Positions 1 to 14,573 of a DNA stretch of 64,000 bases are shown here, one piece after another (within the stretch, counting starts at the first letter, position 1; the number at the start of each line of letters is the position of its first letter). Below the pieces are notes generated by a model, which saw only the letters and a list, made by a program, of their open reading frames with translations, had not been told where the DNA came from and did no database searches. The DNA comes from the human T2T-CHM13v2.0 reference genome, Homo sapiens: the NCBI RefSeq assembly GCF_009914755.1, contig NC_060929.1, one strand, 5' to 3'. A program made the position numbers and the translations under genes.

Positions 1-2299
1 TGTTTCCTTGTAATGTATTTTATGAATGTACAGCCTACTCTGCCAAGCTGTAGTTATCTTCAGTTTCTCCCTAGTAGTCCCAATTCTCTAAATTTTTGCA
101 TTCAACTTCATCTAACCTGTTGCATTCTGGACTGAATATCTCTGGTACTTTCCTACCCCTAAGTCTTGTGCAAGCTGTTTTGCTCACCTAGAATGCCTGC
201 CTGATCCAGCCTCTATCTACACATTTTGTAAAATCAAGATATTTTGTTTTAATATTTGATATGAGGGCAGTCAACTTGTTACAGCAAAAAGTTCATGGAC
301 ATTATTGTCATATCTGTGTTCAAATTCAGGCTCTGCCCCTTCTTAACTGTGTAATCTTAGATAAGTTATTTAACTTCTCTAAGCATCACTTTTCTCATTG
401 ATAAAATGCAGATAATGTTTACCTATCAAGATTTATGAAGATATATTGAAATGAGATACATAGAGCACCTGTCACAGCTCCTGGTATTTGGAAGATTCTA
501 TAAGTCCCCACCTCCCTGTAGATGACACTACAATAAGCATCCAATAAATAGTCCCTGCCTTGTCTATGAAGCCTTTCCTAACCATCTTCCAAACCAGCAC
601 CTCAGAAATAGTCTCCCTCTTCTGACCGCCTGTAGCATTGTATTGTACCTAAGATCTTATCACAGTCAAACTTGTCAAATACTATGTTCTGAGATACAAG
701 TTGGCACTGTAACTAGATCTGCTAGCACAACACCATATTCTGCCCAAAAGAGATGGCTGAACTTCATTCATAGATGATCCATTGTTTATCTTTCATCAGA
801 ATCACACTTTCAGTTATCATAAACACTATACCTTGTTAGATGACTCTATTGCAGGTCTCTTTAAAAGCACCATTATTATACTTAATAATTAAAGGGATTG
901 TAAGAATGTATGTCATGGTGTGACAGCTTGGCAAACAACAGACATCTGAATATTCATTTCCTGAAGTGAATAATCCATCATTACAGAAAGAAAAATGGAA
1001 GCCTGTATTCAATAGACCTATAAAAGGTGTTTAAAGAATGTCCATGTCTTTCTTAGAAAAGCCCCTTGTGAGCAGCCTTGTTTTGTTGCGGTTGTCTTAC
1101 AGGAAGCAGCTCAGGGTTTTGCGTATATGTGTTTTATTTTGAAGTTGTACAACTCCTGGTTGATGACAGTCATAACGTAAATGACCTAAAGTTTAAATTG
1201 CGTTATTCTAATCAGTTTTCTGACCTCTGCTGTCAACAGAATTTCTGACGATCAAATAATAAAACTCAGACAATATTGGTTTTGTGCCATAAAATAATAC
1301 TCTTGTGTTTATTCATGTACAAATTCATGCATTTATCTCAGATACTTGTTAAGCAACTACTATGTTAAGGCTCCGGGGATGGGGATGGGGATGGGTGGCA
1401 ACTCAAACAGGCCTGGCCCCTGCCTTCATGGAGTTCACATTTGGCTGTTTTATAAATGTTGTGAGGAAAGGATTTTTTTTCACCCATGATTGCCTTTATT
1501 TCAATATTTGAGATGTGTTATTAAATAAGAATCTGATCATGGCTCAGGTCAAATTATTTGTTTTTCTCTTGTACATCTAGCAGAGCTGTTTGTAAAAGTT
1601 AAAAATTAGTTATTGATTTGTCAGATTTTTTAATTTAGAAAATGTTTTGTATTTGTTTTGTGGTTTGCCTAAATTGCTCTAACATTTGGTATCTAATTTG
1701 ACTCTCACAGTAACCCTGTAGGGTGCATGGTATTGCCATGATAAGAAACTAGATGCTCAGCAGGCTTAATTGACCTCCCATGGAGTCCCGGCCACTTAGC
1801 AGCCATCCAAATGGAAACTTAAGTCTTCTGATTTATTAAGTGTGTTCTTGATTCCAGCTTAAAAAAAACTTAAAGTATTAAAACTGTATCTTATTCTGTG
1901 TTTAAATGAGACTAACTGACAGCTAGAAAATGGAAACAAAAATGTGAATCAACTGTGATTTTTGAGCCCCTCTCTGCTACTGTATAGGCACTGTGGGGAG
2001 TAGAAATGACCTCTGCCTCTTGATAAATTTATAGCTTCATCGATAAGACATAATGTACACTTAGAAAGGAACTCAGTAACCCTCCAACACAGAATGCATG
2101 GTTCAGTGTTAAAGTGAGAAATATCAACACAAGAGTTGAGAAGATAATAAGAGCTAAAGCAGATGCAAATAGTGTATCTTGAGCTAAATCTTCAAGGGCA
2201 GGGAAGATGGGACTTGGGCAGGGAAGAGGCTTCTAGGCAGGGGGAATGGCAAGTTGCAAGGCTCAGAAGTGGAAGGGAGTGTGATGGTGATAGTGATAA

Positions 2300-2545
2300 C
2301 AATAACTGCCATTTGCCCAGCACTTATCACTTGCCAAGCAGTTATTGGTTCACATGCATTAACTTATCCTTAAAACGGCTATCAAAACAATTCAACCAGA
2401 GAAGAATTGTTACTATTTCAATTTTACATATGAGGAAACTGAGGCAGAGAGGTTAAGCAACTTGCTCAAGGTTGCATGTGCATTAAATGGCAGCTGGATT
2501 CCACCATGGTCTTGAGACCAGAATCCACTCTAACCCTTTTAACCT
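2300..2545 (-). mobile_element. MIR
   Basis: core ttttacatatgaggaaactgaggcagagaggttaagcaacttgctcaagg. Confidence 0.75.
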
Positions 2546-3249
2546 GTGTGTTATGCTGCCTGATGTGGTGCTCGTGAGATGGTAAGGACACCTTCATGGT
2601 TAGAGGGGAGACTCAATATGGGGTCATGATGAGAGAGGTCAAATAATGGAGAATCTAAAAATCAGGCAGAAGGCATTAAACTTTGTCTAGGACTTATTGA
2701 TATTTCATCAGTGCGGAAACATGGTAGACATTTATTTTAGAAAGATTAGTCAGCCCTAGACAGAAAGGATTGAGAGACAAATAAGGGTAAGGATGGCAAC
2801 TATTAGATGGAAACTATTAAAAGGGGGTTTCTATCCAGGTATGGGTGATAGGTGATTAGACCTGGAGTAGGGTAGCAGTAGAAATGAGAAGGATGTAATG
2901 GTGATAAGGACTGGAACTGGCACTGAATCAACAGGTGAGTCAAGGCCAGGTGATTTCCTGAGAGCAGCTTCATGGTATTACCCCCATTTTACAGATGAGG
3001 AAATACGGAGGCTCCAAGAGGTTAATTTGGGCTAATAAGCATTGGAGCAGGGATTTCAGCCTATATCTATCTTTCTTGGCTTCCTCTCTTTAAGGTAAAA
3101 TAATGCAGTCTGGTCATATAGTAGAGTTGCTGATAAGGTTTGAAGAATTGCTCCCAAAATAAGAGATGCTTAAAGTCATGGGGAGAAATCAACATTCAGA
3201 GGGAGCAATAATATCAGAGAAAAGGCAGAGACTGACTATTAAAGAACAC

Positions 3250-3411
3250 TGGAGGGAGGGAGGAGGGTAAGGATTGAAAAACTACCTATCAGGTACTGTG
3301 CTTATCACCTGGGCGATGAAATAATCTGTCCACCAAACCCCCATGACACGCAGTTTACCTGTTTAACAAACTTACACATGTGCCCCTGAACCTAAAAGTT
3401 AAAAAAAAAAA
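3250..3411 (+). mobile_element. Short 3' end of an older primate L1 (L1PA13-16/L1PB-like)
   Basis: L1 3'UTR motif ...cccctgaacctaaaagtt plus poly(A); TSD-like aaagaacac/aaagaatac. Confidence 0.8.
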
Positions 3412-4120
3412 GAATACAGAGAAGAATGGAGCAAGTGGAAGAGGCTTCCGGAAGAAAACAAGTTAGAGGTATAGGGAGGGAACCCAGGGCTCCTAAAGCC
3501 ACAGCAGCCAACAAGGAGAGAACAGTCAGTGAATGACTCAAAGTGAAACTGCCAATGGATTGTCAAGTGGAGAAGGAGGGAACATGCACGCAGCCCAGTG
3601 TTCTTAGTAACCCTCAACAAACAAAGACAGATTCAGGTGTGTGAAGGGCAAGTAGTGTTGCAGGTGGGAGGATATGGGAGTGCTGCCAGTGATGGGGTGG
3701 AGAAGGGAAGGAAGGTCTGTCATGAGGAGAAAGAATTCTGACGCATCCGATGCCCCACTCTGTGCCAAGTTCCGAGCCAAGCCAGCTGCGGTCAAGGGGA
3801 GAGATCACGGGGAGGCTGAATGGCTGGAGGGGAGGCAGAGAGGATTCCTGTAATCCAGTGGGAGGTGCCTGGCAAGAGGCCAGGAGGACGTGAAGGGATT
3901 CTAATGTGTGGTAGACAAAGAAGTAAGGAGCTGAGGGAATGATTGTTCCATCAGCTACATGTAGTGGCGCAATGGATGAGCCCGCATTCTAGGAGCCCCC
4001 TTCCTCTGCCCCTGCTTCTATAGAAGCCCTTACCTTCCCATCCTGGCTCACTTGCCAGGACCTGCTGGGGAGCTCAGAACCCTCCCTACTCCCATCCAGT
4101 CTCACAAGACAGTTAAGTGA

Positions 4121-4312
4121 GCCTCCCACCTCAGCCTTCCAAGTAGCTGGGACTACAGGCGCGTGCCACCACACTCAGCTAATTTTTAAATTTTTTGTAG
4201 AGACAAGGTCTCACTACATTGCCCAGGCTGGTCTCCAACTTCTGGACTCAAGCTGTCCTCCCATCTCGGCCTCCCGAGGTGCTGGGATTTCAGGTGTGAG
4301 CCATTGCACCCA
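4121..4312 (-). mobile_element. Partial Alu (AluJ-like) lacking its 3' part
   Basis: cctcagccttccaagtagctgggactacagg...gtgagccattgcaccc. Confidence 0.85.
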
Positions 4313-7300
4313 TCTGTACATTGCTTTTTAAATAATAATTGTTGAATAGGCGGGTGAGTGGAGAGTAATTTCTATTAAGGAACTTTTCTCTGCTTCTTGT
4401 TACTCTGACTTGTGCCTTAATTCAAGTTTATAAATGATTACTAATATTTGGGATATTAAGATAGGTACATGGGTCATTTGGGAGGGGTAGTATTTTGATA
4501 GCAGCACTTTATACTCTGATTTACAGTATTAATTCTTTAGAGGTATTTTGGTGTATATGAGCACTGATGGTTGTGCTTTAAAATTGGCAGCCCGTTGATG
4601 TTAGCAGGACCAGCCAAGTGACAGGCACTGCAGTAGAGGGACCTGGGTTAGAAGTCAGATGGCCAAGCTCCCAGGCCTGGCGTACACAGCTCGGAGGGTC
4701 CTCGTGCAGAGAGTGCTCCTTTCCAGCCTGAGCGATCCCTCCTTATCCTCCAATCACCGCATGACAGGTCACATTATCAGAACTGCCTGTCTCAACTATC
4801 CCCTGAACTGCTATGGTTCCCTCATCTACATTCTCATGGAACCCTGTGAGTTTCCTTTGTAGCAAATAATTGTTGGGAGTGATTATTTCTACTAATGCCA
4901 TCTTTGACTAGGCTATAGCTTTCATACGGGCAGGGACATGCCTACTGGTTTTACCTCTGTGTCCCCAGCACCTGACACAGTACCTGGCACAGAGCATATT
5001 CTGGATAAACACCTGGGGGAGCCAATGAACTCTGGTAAAATCTTGGACATGAGATTCCATTTTTCTCACCTGTTTAAAGCCTGTATATTAAAGCTTGTAT
5101 TAAACTTTATCACTAAGGTGCTTTCTCTTTGAAGATCTATGGATTAACCCTTCAAAATTTTTTATTATAAATGTTATCCACATCAATGATACGAAATTCA
5201 AACAATGCAAAAGAGTATACAATGAAAGTGTATTCATTCATTCACCAGAGATTACAAATATTGAAAGTTGCTTGTCTTTACAGAGAGAATAAAAATTGAA
5301 CAAGCTGTAGCCAGAATCGAATGGATTAATAATGGGGTGGGCATATTCCCTACTTCCAGCTCCCATGAAGCAGCTTTCATATTTCAGTTTTAAAATGGTT
5401 AGTGCCTTAGTGAGGGAAGAAAACTTTCATGCAGTAATCTGTGCTGCCAACAGGGGCCAAGGCCCTCAGCTAAATTCCCACTACACCCTGCGCCATTGCT
5501 GATTTTCAGCTGTTCTGTATAGAGATTTTACTGTTCATGGGGGCCCTCTGAAAGTTTTCTCCTTTCTGGAATTTGAGGATCACTTCAAGGTATTGTTTAA
5601 TAAAGTAACAAGGCAGGCTGGACAATTCAAGGCAATGTGATTTTATGGATGATTTAATACATTTGGATGTGTGGAAAATATGTCTACCTAAAGATTTTCA
5701 GCTTCAGAAGCACTTTCACATAGAGTGTTTGGTTTCTGTGTTGGTGTTGCATGGTTGAGGGGAATCATTAAAGGAATGGAATGCAGCTAAGTGGAATTTC
5801 TTGAGTTTGAATGGAAATCTGTATAATCAATTCCAATTATGGAAGGATAGAATTACATAAATACAGGGACATTAAGCACCATAATGTTTTAAAATATTTT
5901 CAAGGAAAAATATGGATATTCATATATTTATCCATTAATTTGATAGAGGGAAAATCTGTCTTGGTACATCTTACAGTTTTCAGTACCAAAAAGAATATGA
6001 GAGAGGCCCTTCCATGCCCTGCTACAGTGACTGGGGCTTCTTGTATGTGTGCGTGTGTGTGTATTTTGGTGGAAGGGAGTGTCCAGTTGGTGCCTAAGGG
6101 TTCTCAGGAATAGTTATGTTTATATGATTATTTTTGAAAAATAAGTATACTAAAGCTTTGGATTTCTGTCTGTAAATTATGATAGTTTAACTACAAGCAT
6201 CAATGTGTTCTGCATTAACTGAGGTTTGTGGGGAAGGTGATTTTGTTCATGGGCCATAGACTATAGTGGGTTTCATACAATCACCTTGAGTGGTAGTGTA
6301 TTGGGGGTGGGGGAAGGTAAGGGAGAAGCAGGAATGGGCTCATGCTGCCCTGTGACTCAGCCTCTGAAGTGGCTCTGGACCAGGCATTAGGGACACAGTG
6401 AGGTCCATCTTACAGGCTTCCTTCCCTGGGTGTTGTTGGCAGGGTAGCAGCTGTTTACTGACAATCAGTTACTTAAGAAGGCAGCTCATGCCAGATGGAA
6501 TCCCTGGGTTCTAAAACCTAATGGACTTTAAGTGTTAAGGAGGTTTAAATGAGTCTGGGTAGGAGTTTGCAAAGATTATAATTATCTGTTTAATATTAAC
6601 CAGTGTAATACAAGTTAAGTACTAGAATAGTACTCCAAACCATACAAGTATCCACACACACATCCCAGTACTTAGATGACTGGATCACAGGGGCTGATTG
6701 CACCACTGCAAGCATCTCAAGCAAGGGTGTTCCTTGAATAGTTACTATTTATCACCTCTTGCCTTCTAAGGAAGAGCCTAGATGAGACATAATGCAGTAG
6801 AATTCCCTCTGTAACCTTGTCTCCACCTTCTCTTTCTTACATGACACTGAACGGACAGTTCACATCCACCCAAGTCTATTTACGGGAGTTTTGTCCTTCT
6901 ATCTTATGTATTAGGAATAACACACTGGCAATTTAATGAGCATCTGCAATTTGCCAGACATTTTGCCACACTATCTCAAATACGACCCTGCAAATAGATG
7001 TTACTGTACTTTGTATGTAAATGGACCTGGAAAACAAAGCTCAAAGTCACAGAGCTTGTAACTGACAGAGCTGGGGCTTGAACAAAATTTTGTTGAGTTG
7101 CAAAATCCATGTTTTTTCTGAAAATAACATAAACAGTAATTATAATAATATTTACTGAGCATTCATTATGTGCCAGGGAGTAATTCTAATAATAAACTTA
7201 CAAGGTAGTTGTTAACTACTAAAGAAAAATTGAGGTTGGGAAACTGGAGATTATAAAATTTAAGTATCTTACCCGAGATTGTTTAGTAAATAGACCCAAA

Positions 7301-7490
7301 TTTTGAACCTATTTGATCTGGTTACAAAGGCTTTCACTACTGGACACCACCTCCTACTAGATTTTTGTGCTCTAAACTGGGTAAAACCAAGGTAAAGGGC
7401 CAAGGGCAGTATGGTTAAGAGGAGCTGAAGGACCATGTAGATTGTAGGTTAAATAGAATCGAACTTTCTATTTCTTTCTTTCCTTTCTAG

Positions 7491-7550
7491 GTGTCAGCTT
7501 CCTCTGGTGCAACCAGCAAGTCTTCCAGTATGAATCCCACAGAAACCAAG
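7491..7550 (+). CDS. CAST: CAST exon 2 (VSASSGATSKSSSMNPTETK); ATG of the 708-aa isoform at 7530
   Basis: tttctag|GTG...AAG|gtatga; 60 nt. Confidence 0.96.
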
Positions 7551-7785
7551 GTATGAAGAATGCTAATTGAGTGAGTGCTAATTTAAGTTGATTGTGCTGC
7601 AAAGCAAAACAAATGTAGACTAATTGTTGATGATGAGTTATATATGCTAGGAAGTTTTAATTATGGAAGTAAACATTTTCTTCCTAATTTATGGGGGTCT
7701 TTGAAAACTCAGCTTTCCTTCCAATATTTACCTTACACATCATCTACATGGTTTTAGGTTATCTAGAAAAGTAGAGTCACCTAGA

Positions 7786-8118
7786 GTTGTTTTGTTTTGT
7801 TTTGTTTTGTTTTGAGACAGGGTCTTGCTCTGTCACCTAGGCTGGAGTATAGTGGTGTGATTACACTCACTGCAGCCCCAACCTCCTGGACTCAAGCGAC
7901 CCTCCCATCTCGGCCTCTTGAGTAGCTGGGGCTACAGAGGCACACCACCATGCCCGGCTAATTGTTTTTTTGTTTGTTTGTTTGTTTGTTTGTTTTTGTA
8001 GAGACAGGGTCTCACTGTGTTGCCCAAGCTGGTCTCAAATTCCTGGGCTGAAGCAGTCCTTCCACCTGGGCCTCCCAAAGTGCTGGGATTACAGGAATGA
8101 GCCACCGTGCCCGTGGCC
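7786..8118 (-). mobile_element. Alu (AluJ-like) with (GTTTT)n tail
   Basis: dimeric Alu consensus, reverse orientation. Confidence 0.92.
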
Positions 8119-9038
8119 AGTTTTGTTTTTGTTTTTGATCCTAGATTTGATTGAGTTTTTTAATTGAAGATATTCCTCTAAGTACATTTCTCTACATTGA
8201 AATGAGAATATAAATTATTAATTCTTGCTAAAATGGTCTTACTATTCTGATCATTTAAAAATAAATATAAAAATGAAAGATTATACTAAATGAACATAAA
8301 AATATACTGGTTATTTCGGATGCTTTCCCAAGTTGTTTTTTCTGAAATTTGAGTCTTGTGGGGTACCATTTTATTGACAAACCTTTCTTGAGCTCTATTT
8401 GGGATTTATTCTTAAAATTATTTTTTTGAATTTCAGAATTAAAAATAAAAGAATTTCCTCTAGTGGTATTGTCCACTTTGTTCTGAAGAGCTGGCTGCAG
8501 CTGCCTTTTAAACCCTCTCCCTAAGTTACTCTAGCTCAAGCTGTATCTCTTGGGAATATTTCAGGGGAGGGAATTAAAGAGGGAGCATTTTCAAAATTCT
8601 CTCAACTAATGTTTGTGTGCCAATATTCTTTAATACCTTTAAGAGCTACCCCAACTCCATTATTATTAAATTGCCCTTGTTTAAAATTACCAACCTACTT
8701 TTGTTTTCTGTCTTTCATATTACTATGCTATCCCTGTAGTTTCCTATCCCAGGTGATGTGGCACTATAACTTAGTACTATCAAAGGATTATATGGCCTCA
8801 TCTTGAATCATCTTCAAAGAACATTACAAATATCTAGAAATACACTATCCACATCTAAGTTCTTATGTCATTTAGCATTCATTTAAAATTTTAATCTAAA
8901 ATTATCAGTTTTTAAATTTAGTATTTAAATTTACATTGATTTCTAAATTGCTTTCAAAATATACATTATATAATCTATAATTAATGTTAGCTGTCTCTAT
9001 TTAATTATGTTAAGCTTAATCTTAAAAAATTAAAAATC

Positions 9039-9334
9039 TTTTTTTTTCCTTGAGGCAGGGTCTCGCTCTGTCTTCCAGGCTGGATGTAGTGGCATGATCA
9101 CAGCTTGCTGCCACCTTGACCTCCTGGATGCAAGTGATCCTCCTACCTCAGTCTCCTGAGTAGCTGGAACTCTAGGGGCACACCACCATGCCTGGCTAAT
9201 ATTTCTGTTTTTCTGTAGAGACAGGGGTCTTGCTATGTTACTCAGGCTGGTCTCAAACTCCTGGGCTCAAGCAGTCCTCCCATCTCAGCCTCCCAAAGTG
9301 CTGGGATTACAGGCATGAGCCACTGTGTCCAGCC
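9039..9334 (-). mobile_element. Alu (AluJ-like)
   Basis: Alu consensus; TSD aaaattaaaaatc. Confidence 0.92.
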
Positions 9335-9400
9335 TAAAATTAAAAATCCTAATTTTAAAAAATATTCCAGAAGCATCTACAAAATAAAAGTTCTCATTAA

Positions 9401-9702
9401 GACCAGGCACAGTGGCCCACACCTATAATCCCAGCATTTTGAGAGGTCAAGGTGGGAGGATCGCTTGAGCCCAGGAGTTTGGGACCAGCCTGGGCAACAT
9501 AGCGAGATCCCGTGTCTACAAAAAATTAGCCAGGTGTGGTGGTTTACTCCTGTAGTCTCAGCTACTCGGGAGGCTGAGGCAGGAGGATGGCTTGAGCCCA
9601 GGAGATCAAGGCTGCAGCAAGCTGTGATTGCACCACTGCACTCCAGCCCAGGTGACAGAGCAAGACCCTGTCTCAAAAATAAATAAATAAATAAATAAAT
9701 AA
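9401..9702 (+). mobile_element. Alu (AluJ-like) with (AAAT)n tail
   Basis: Alu consensus; tctcatt on both flanks. Confidence 0.92.
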
Positions 9703-11641
9703 TCTCATTGAATTTAGAGATCATGAAAACCAAAGAAAAGAGATAGGAAAGAGAGCCAGAAATATAGGATTTCCTTTTTATTCTTTTGGTTCTTTTTCAT
9801 CCTGTTGCCTGATTCTAATCCCCTGTGCCTCAGCTCAAGGACCAATGTTTATTTCAAGCGTGGCCTGTTACCTAGAACAAATGTCAGCAAACTCTTCACC
9901 CTTCTCTAAGCATTAATCATGAGAATTCTCGGCAGTCCTGTGAAACTGGAGGAAAGTAGGAGAGAGAAGAGGGGGAGAGACAAAAATAAGATGCACGTAA
10001 TGAAGTGTCCCCAGTGGCTAACTAGGGACCACTTTTGGCCTCAAGTCTCTTTCCCTGGAACCTGGTTCCATATCAGCTGTGATATTGGACAATCTCTTTT
10101 TGCTTTGGTTTCCTTATCTGTACAGTTTGGAGGAAGGTGATAATAGTACCTGCCTCACAAGACTGTGTAAGGAAACATAATGTATATTGGACAATTCCTG
10201 TCCTAAGCAAGTGTCCAGATGGGATTGTCTGTTGGCCACTACTGGGGAGAGAGTGCAGTGCGATGACTAGAACACACAACCTCAGGTCCACCATGGATGT
10301 CTTTAGGGAGTTATTTAACTGCTCTAAACTCAATTTCTCATCTGTGAAATGGGTATAATAATACTTGTCTCATAGGATTATTATGAAGATAAAGTGGGTT
10401 GACACATGAGAGGTGATTAATACACATTAGTTATTATGGTCATCATTATTATATTCAGCACAATCACTACAAAAATAAATTCAGCAATTACTGATTTAAA
10501 TATAGATTGCATTATAAGCTGCTTGTGTCTGTGAGCATACATTCTTAATTGTAGTGTAGGTTCTCCCATGCAAAATCTTGATTGCCAAATTGCAAGCTAT
10601 TAATAGATTCAAAGCACTATACTACCAGCTGGCTTATTTTCCTTGTTAATCATTTAATAAATTATATTTGCATAAACTGAAAGGATAGTTCCATAAATAG
10701 AAACTCATTAATGAGAATGTAGTGTGAAAGGATCCAAAATTTAAAATTTCTTTAAAAACATTTCAATCATAAGCTTTGTTTCCTTCCCAAAATAGTGTGT
10801 TAGCCTAGCAAGGGGCCATTATTTGAAGAAAGTATGTGTCTTCATTACTGAAGTAGAAGACATGATAAATTAAGAGGATAATTGACTTTAGCCTCTTCAA
10901 ATAAAAATAAATAAATAAAAACCACTAGTTTGTGCTGATACTACCAAGCAGATAAAAAGGAAAGAAACAGCAGGAAGCATCGGACCCTAGTTTGTAATCT
11001 CTGACTGAAAAGTTCATGAAATGTTTAATCAAGTTTTATTCATGATTGTATATCTTGCCTATATTGAGAATGCATGCATGTACTTACTTGTTTTTGCACA
11101 AGTAATGTTTAGTTGGATAAAACTGTAAAATATCATACTAAAGATGCTAAGTTACAACCAGTTCTGTAGAAGCATTTCTAGAACTTTAAATTCGATCTCT
11201 GCATACAGGACTGTGATGTGCCCAGTAAAAATCCATGCACTAAATATTTACAATTTTGGGGGGATTATGTTGACAGAATTTCATAAAACTTTCCGTTACA
11301 TCTGTGACTATTTGATCATAACTAAACATTGGATACATAGGAAAAAATGATATTCATGTAGTCTTTACACAGGGAAAGGAAAGGAATGAGAAATTAATTT
11401 TATTAATGGAAACCTTCGCTGAAAAAAACCTTCACTGAAAAAATGTAAACACAAACTGAAATATCTGCTTAGGACCTTAGAATGTAAGTGCCTACAGCTT
11501 CTTGGAGTTATACACATATGCATCGAGTAGATGCAATAGATGAATAGAATTGATATAATCATTTTAACCCTTTTTGTACATGTTACTTATTTGACTGACA
11601 GATAAAATAAAATTATACCTGGGGCTGTGCTCTTATATTAG

Positions 11642-11707
11642 GCCATTCCAGTCAGCCAACAGATGGAAGGACCACATCTTCCTAACAAGAAAAAACACAA
11701 AAAACAG
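11642..11707 (+). CDS. CAST: CAST exon 3, L domain ([22 protein letters not shown])
   Basis: ttag|GCC...CAG|gtgatg; 66 nt. Confidence 0.95.
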
Positions 11708-12336
11708 GTGATGTTGTTCATTGTACTAGGGCATCTCTGTTTACTAACGGTTACATCACCCGCTCAGCATGTGCTAATAACTGCAATTCACAGTCTTCTG
11801 TTAACACTGAGATCCCATCATGGACTTTCTGTAGGCTTAGCTGCCCATCAGCCACATTCTGGCACTAAAAGTAATTTTCACTGCTTTCTGTGCCCTCAAT
11901 TCTGTCACCATCCCATTGTTTTACACTGTCAGCCAAAACCCGTGATGAATATTTCACTGATAAAAACACCGTGTTAGTGGCATGGAAACACAGTGCCCTT
12001 GGCTTTGTGATGAAGGTTTTTATTTTCTGTTGCCCATTTATGTGTTACCATGTAAATAGTAATAAATCTTTACATATCTTTGATATACCTAGCAAGGAGA
12101 TATAAATTGCTCCCTGAATAGTAAAGCAGAATATTAACTAGTATACCTAATTGTTTATCTAAAGAGTTGCAATTTCAAGCAAAGTGTAACAAACTTAACT
12201 GATAATGTTTATAATTACATTAAAAATCATCTCTTTTGAGTTTCCTCAGTTGAAGAAAATCTGTGATAGTCTTTGTAAACTATGTCTATCTTTCTTTTCT
12301 TCCTTCCTTTTTTTCTTTCTTTTTTTCTGAACTTAG

Positions 12337-12378
12337 GCTGTAAAAACAGAACCTGAGAAGAAGTCACAGTCAACCAAG
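12337..12378 (+). CDS. CAST: CAST exon 4 (AVKTEPEKKSQSTK)
   Basis: long pyrimidine tract, ttag|GCT...AAG|gtaaat; 42 nt. Confidence 0.95.
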
Positions 12379-13223
12379 GTAAATAGTTTAAGTCTGTTAG
12401 TTAGTTATTTGGATTCTTTTTAATAATAATGAATAATCAACTTCCTGCCTTGGCACAGCTGTGAATGGTAAAGGGGGTTGCTGGCTAATTTAATTAATTT
12501 TTAGACCCTTTTGAATGGCTGTGTACATGTAGAATATATAAAATATAACATTAAGTCCGTATATTGTTAAAAAGAATATATAATATTTTATAAATGAAAA
12601 CTATTTCAGAAGCATTTTGTTCAAATCTAGTTTTTTGTTATATGTATAGTGATTGCTTTAAAAAAGAAAAAAGCAAGAGGAACAGAAGAAAAAAGGCAAA
12701 GAGTAGTAATGAATATCCAATTCCAATTCCAATGAGACATCAAGAATAAGGTGTCTGCTGAACTCAGCACCTAGATGGCTTAGGGATGAGAATCTTTCCT
12801 AAGAGGCTGGCTGGGTTTATCGTGACAGTCTTACCTCAGTTGGTGGAGCTAGTTAACAGTTACACAGGAGGCTAGCTTCTGTTACTTTCCTGACCCATGA
12901 CTGTCCAGAATGAATGCCATTCTGCCTCTGCATGGAGGTGAACCCCAGGTTGTGTACGGCAGCACAAATGTTTCTCTTCAATAAGGTGCTGCATTTTATT
13001 TTGTCAAGCACTTAAAGGAAGTACTAAGACAAGACCACAAGGTTTCCTGTGGAAAAGCACAGATATTTGAGCCCAGGTACTTCAGGCACAGGTGAGGGTG
13101 AAAGGTGAGGCTTGTCTGATTTTGTGGAAGGCCTCCTGGTGGCCCCTGGGGATGGTAGAACATAGGGTACTCCGAGTGAAGAATTCAGCAGCTAAGTGGA
13201 AGTTGTCTTCTATTCCACTTTAA

Positions 13224-13624
<401 letters not shown>

Positions 13625-14000
13625 TAAAATATATTTTCTAGAGTGGGATTAGCTGTCAACAAACTCAGTAGTCACATGGCTCATGTGTTATCTGTGTACA
13701 TTTGTGAAAAACAACCAGTAATTTAGAGACATACGTGTATTTGAAAATATTATTCAGATGAAATACTGAATTTTTCCTTATTCTGATAATCACCATTCTC
13801 AGAGACTGCTGACAGGGTTACTATTGACCTGATACCACATGTCTACTTCTGTGATCCTTAAGAGTGGGCCTGAGTGGGCCTAAGCGGGCTTTTCCTGAAA
13901 AAGGCAGAATGTTTTAGTTGGAATTTTGTTCTTGTTCTTGTTTGAAAGTATTACAAGTTGGATTCCAGTGTAATCAAGTTTAATCTTTTGAAATTGACAG

Positions 14001-14057
14001 CTGTCTGTGGTTCATGAGAAAAAATCCCAAGAAGGAAAGCCAAAAGAACACACAGAG
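14001..14057 (+). CDS. CAST: CAST exon 5 (LSVVHEKKSQEGKPKEHTE)
   Basis: acag|CTG...GAG|gtaaat; 57 nt. Confidence 0.95.
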
Positions 14058-14459
14058 GTAAATGATTATCATCAGGACTTAATTATAAGGCAACCTCTTT
14101 TGGTGGGATATAATTAAAATCTTTCATTAATTCAAAACTAATCCCTACAATGGATAGTTGGATATTAGTTTTTTCAGCTAAAATGGTGCCATCCTGTGGC
14201 AATAGCAGTGTTTACAATTTATGTGATTCTTGCTGAATTTTGGGGGAAGGATTTGCACTATTTCAAATTTTGTACCTAAAGTGAAATTGTCACATGTACA
14301 TCACACTAATTGAAATTTACATAATTTAGAACCACAGACAGCACAACTGTTATGAACAATTTTTATTCTATAGAGAAAAGTATCAGTATTATGTTTAAGA
14401 CTACCATCTTGTTAACAATGTCTTTATATGTGTGTGGGCACCTGTGTGTGTACTTTCAG

Positions 14460-14573
14460 CCAAAAAGCCTACCCAAGCAGGCATCAGATACAGGAAGTAA
14501 CGATGCTCACAATAAAAAAGCAGTTTCCAGATCAGCTGAACAGCAGCCATCAGAGAAATCAACAGAACCAAAG
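14460..14573 (+). CDS. CAST: CAST exon 6 (PKSLPKQ...EKSTEPK)
   Basis: ttcag|CCA...AAG|gtaaat; 114 nt. Confidence 0.95.

Noticed and set aside
1375-1395. (GGGGAT)n G-quadruplex motif
   Set aside because: Short simple repeat in repeat-derived intron sequence; no supporting context.
1-7490. Upstream CAST first exons or promoter
   Set aside because: No CpG island or recognisable XL-domain exon; the region reads as intron with MIR/L2/L1/Alu relics.
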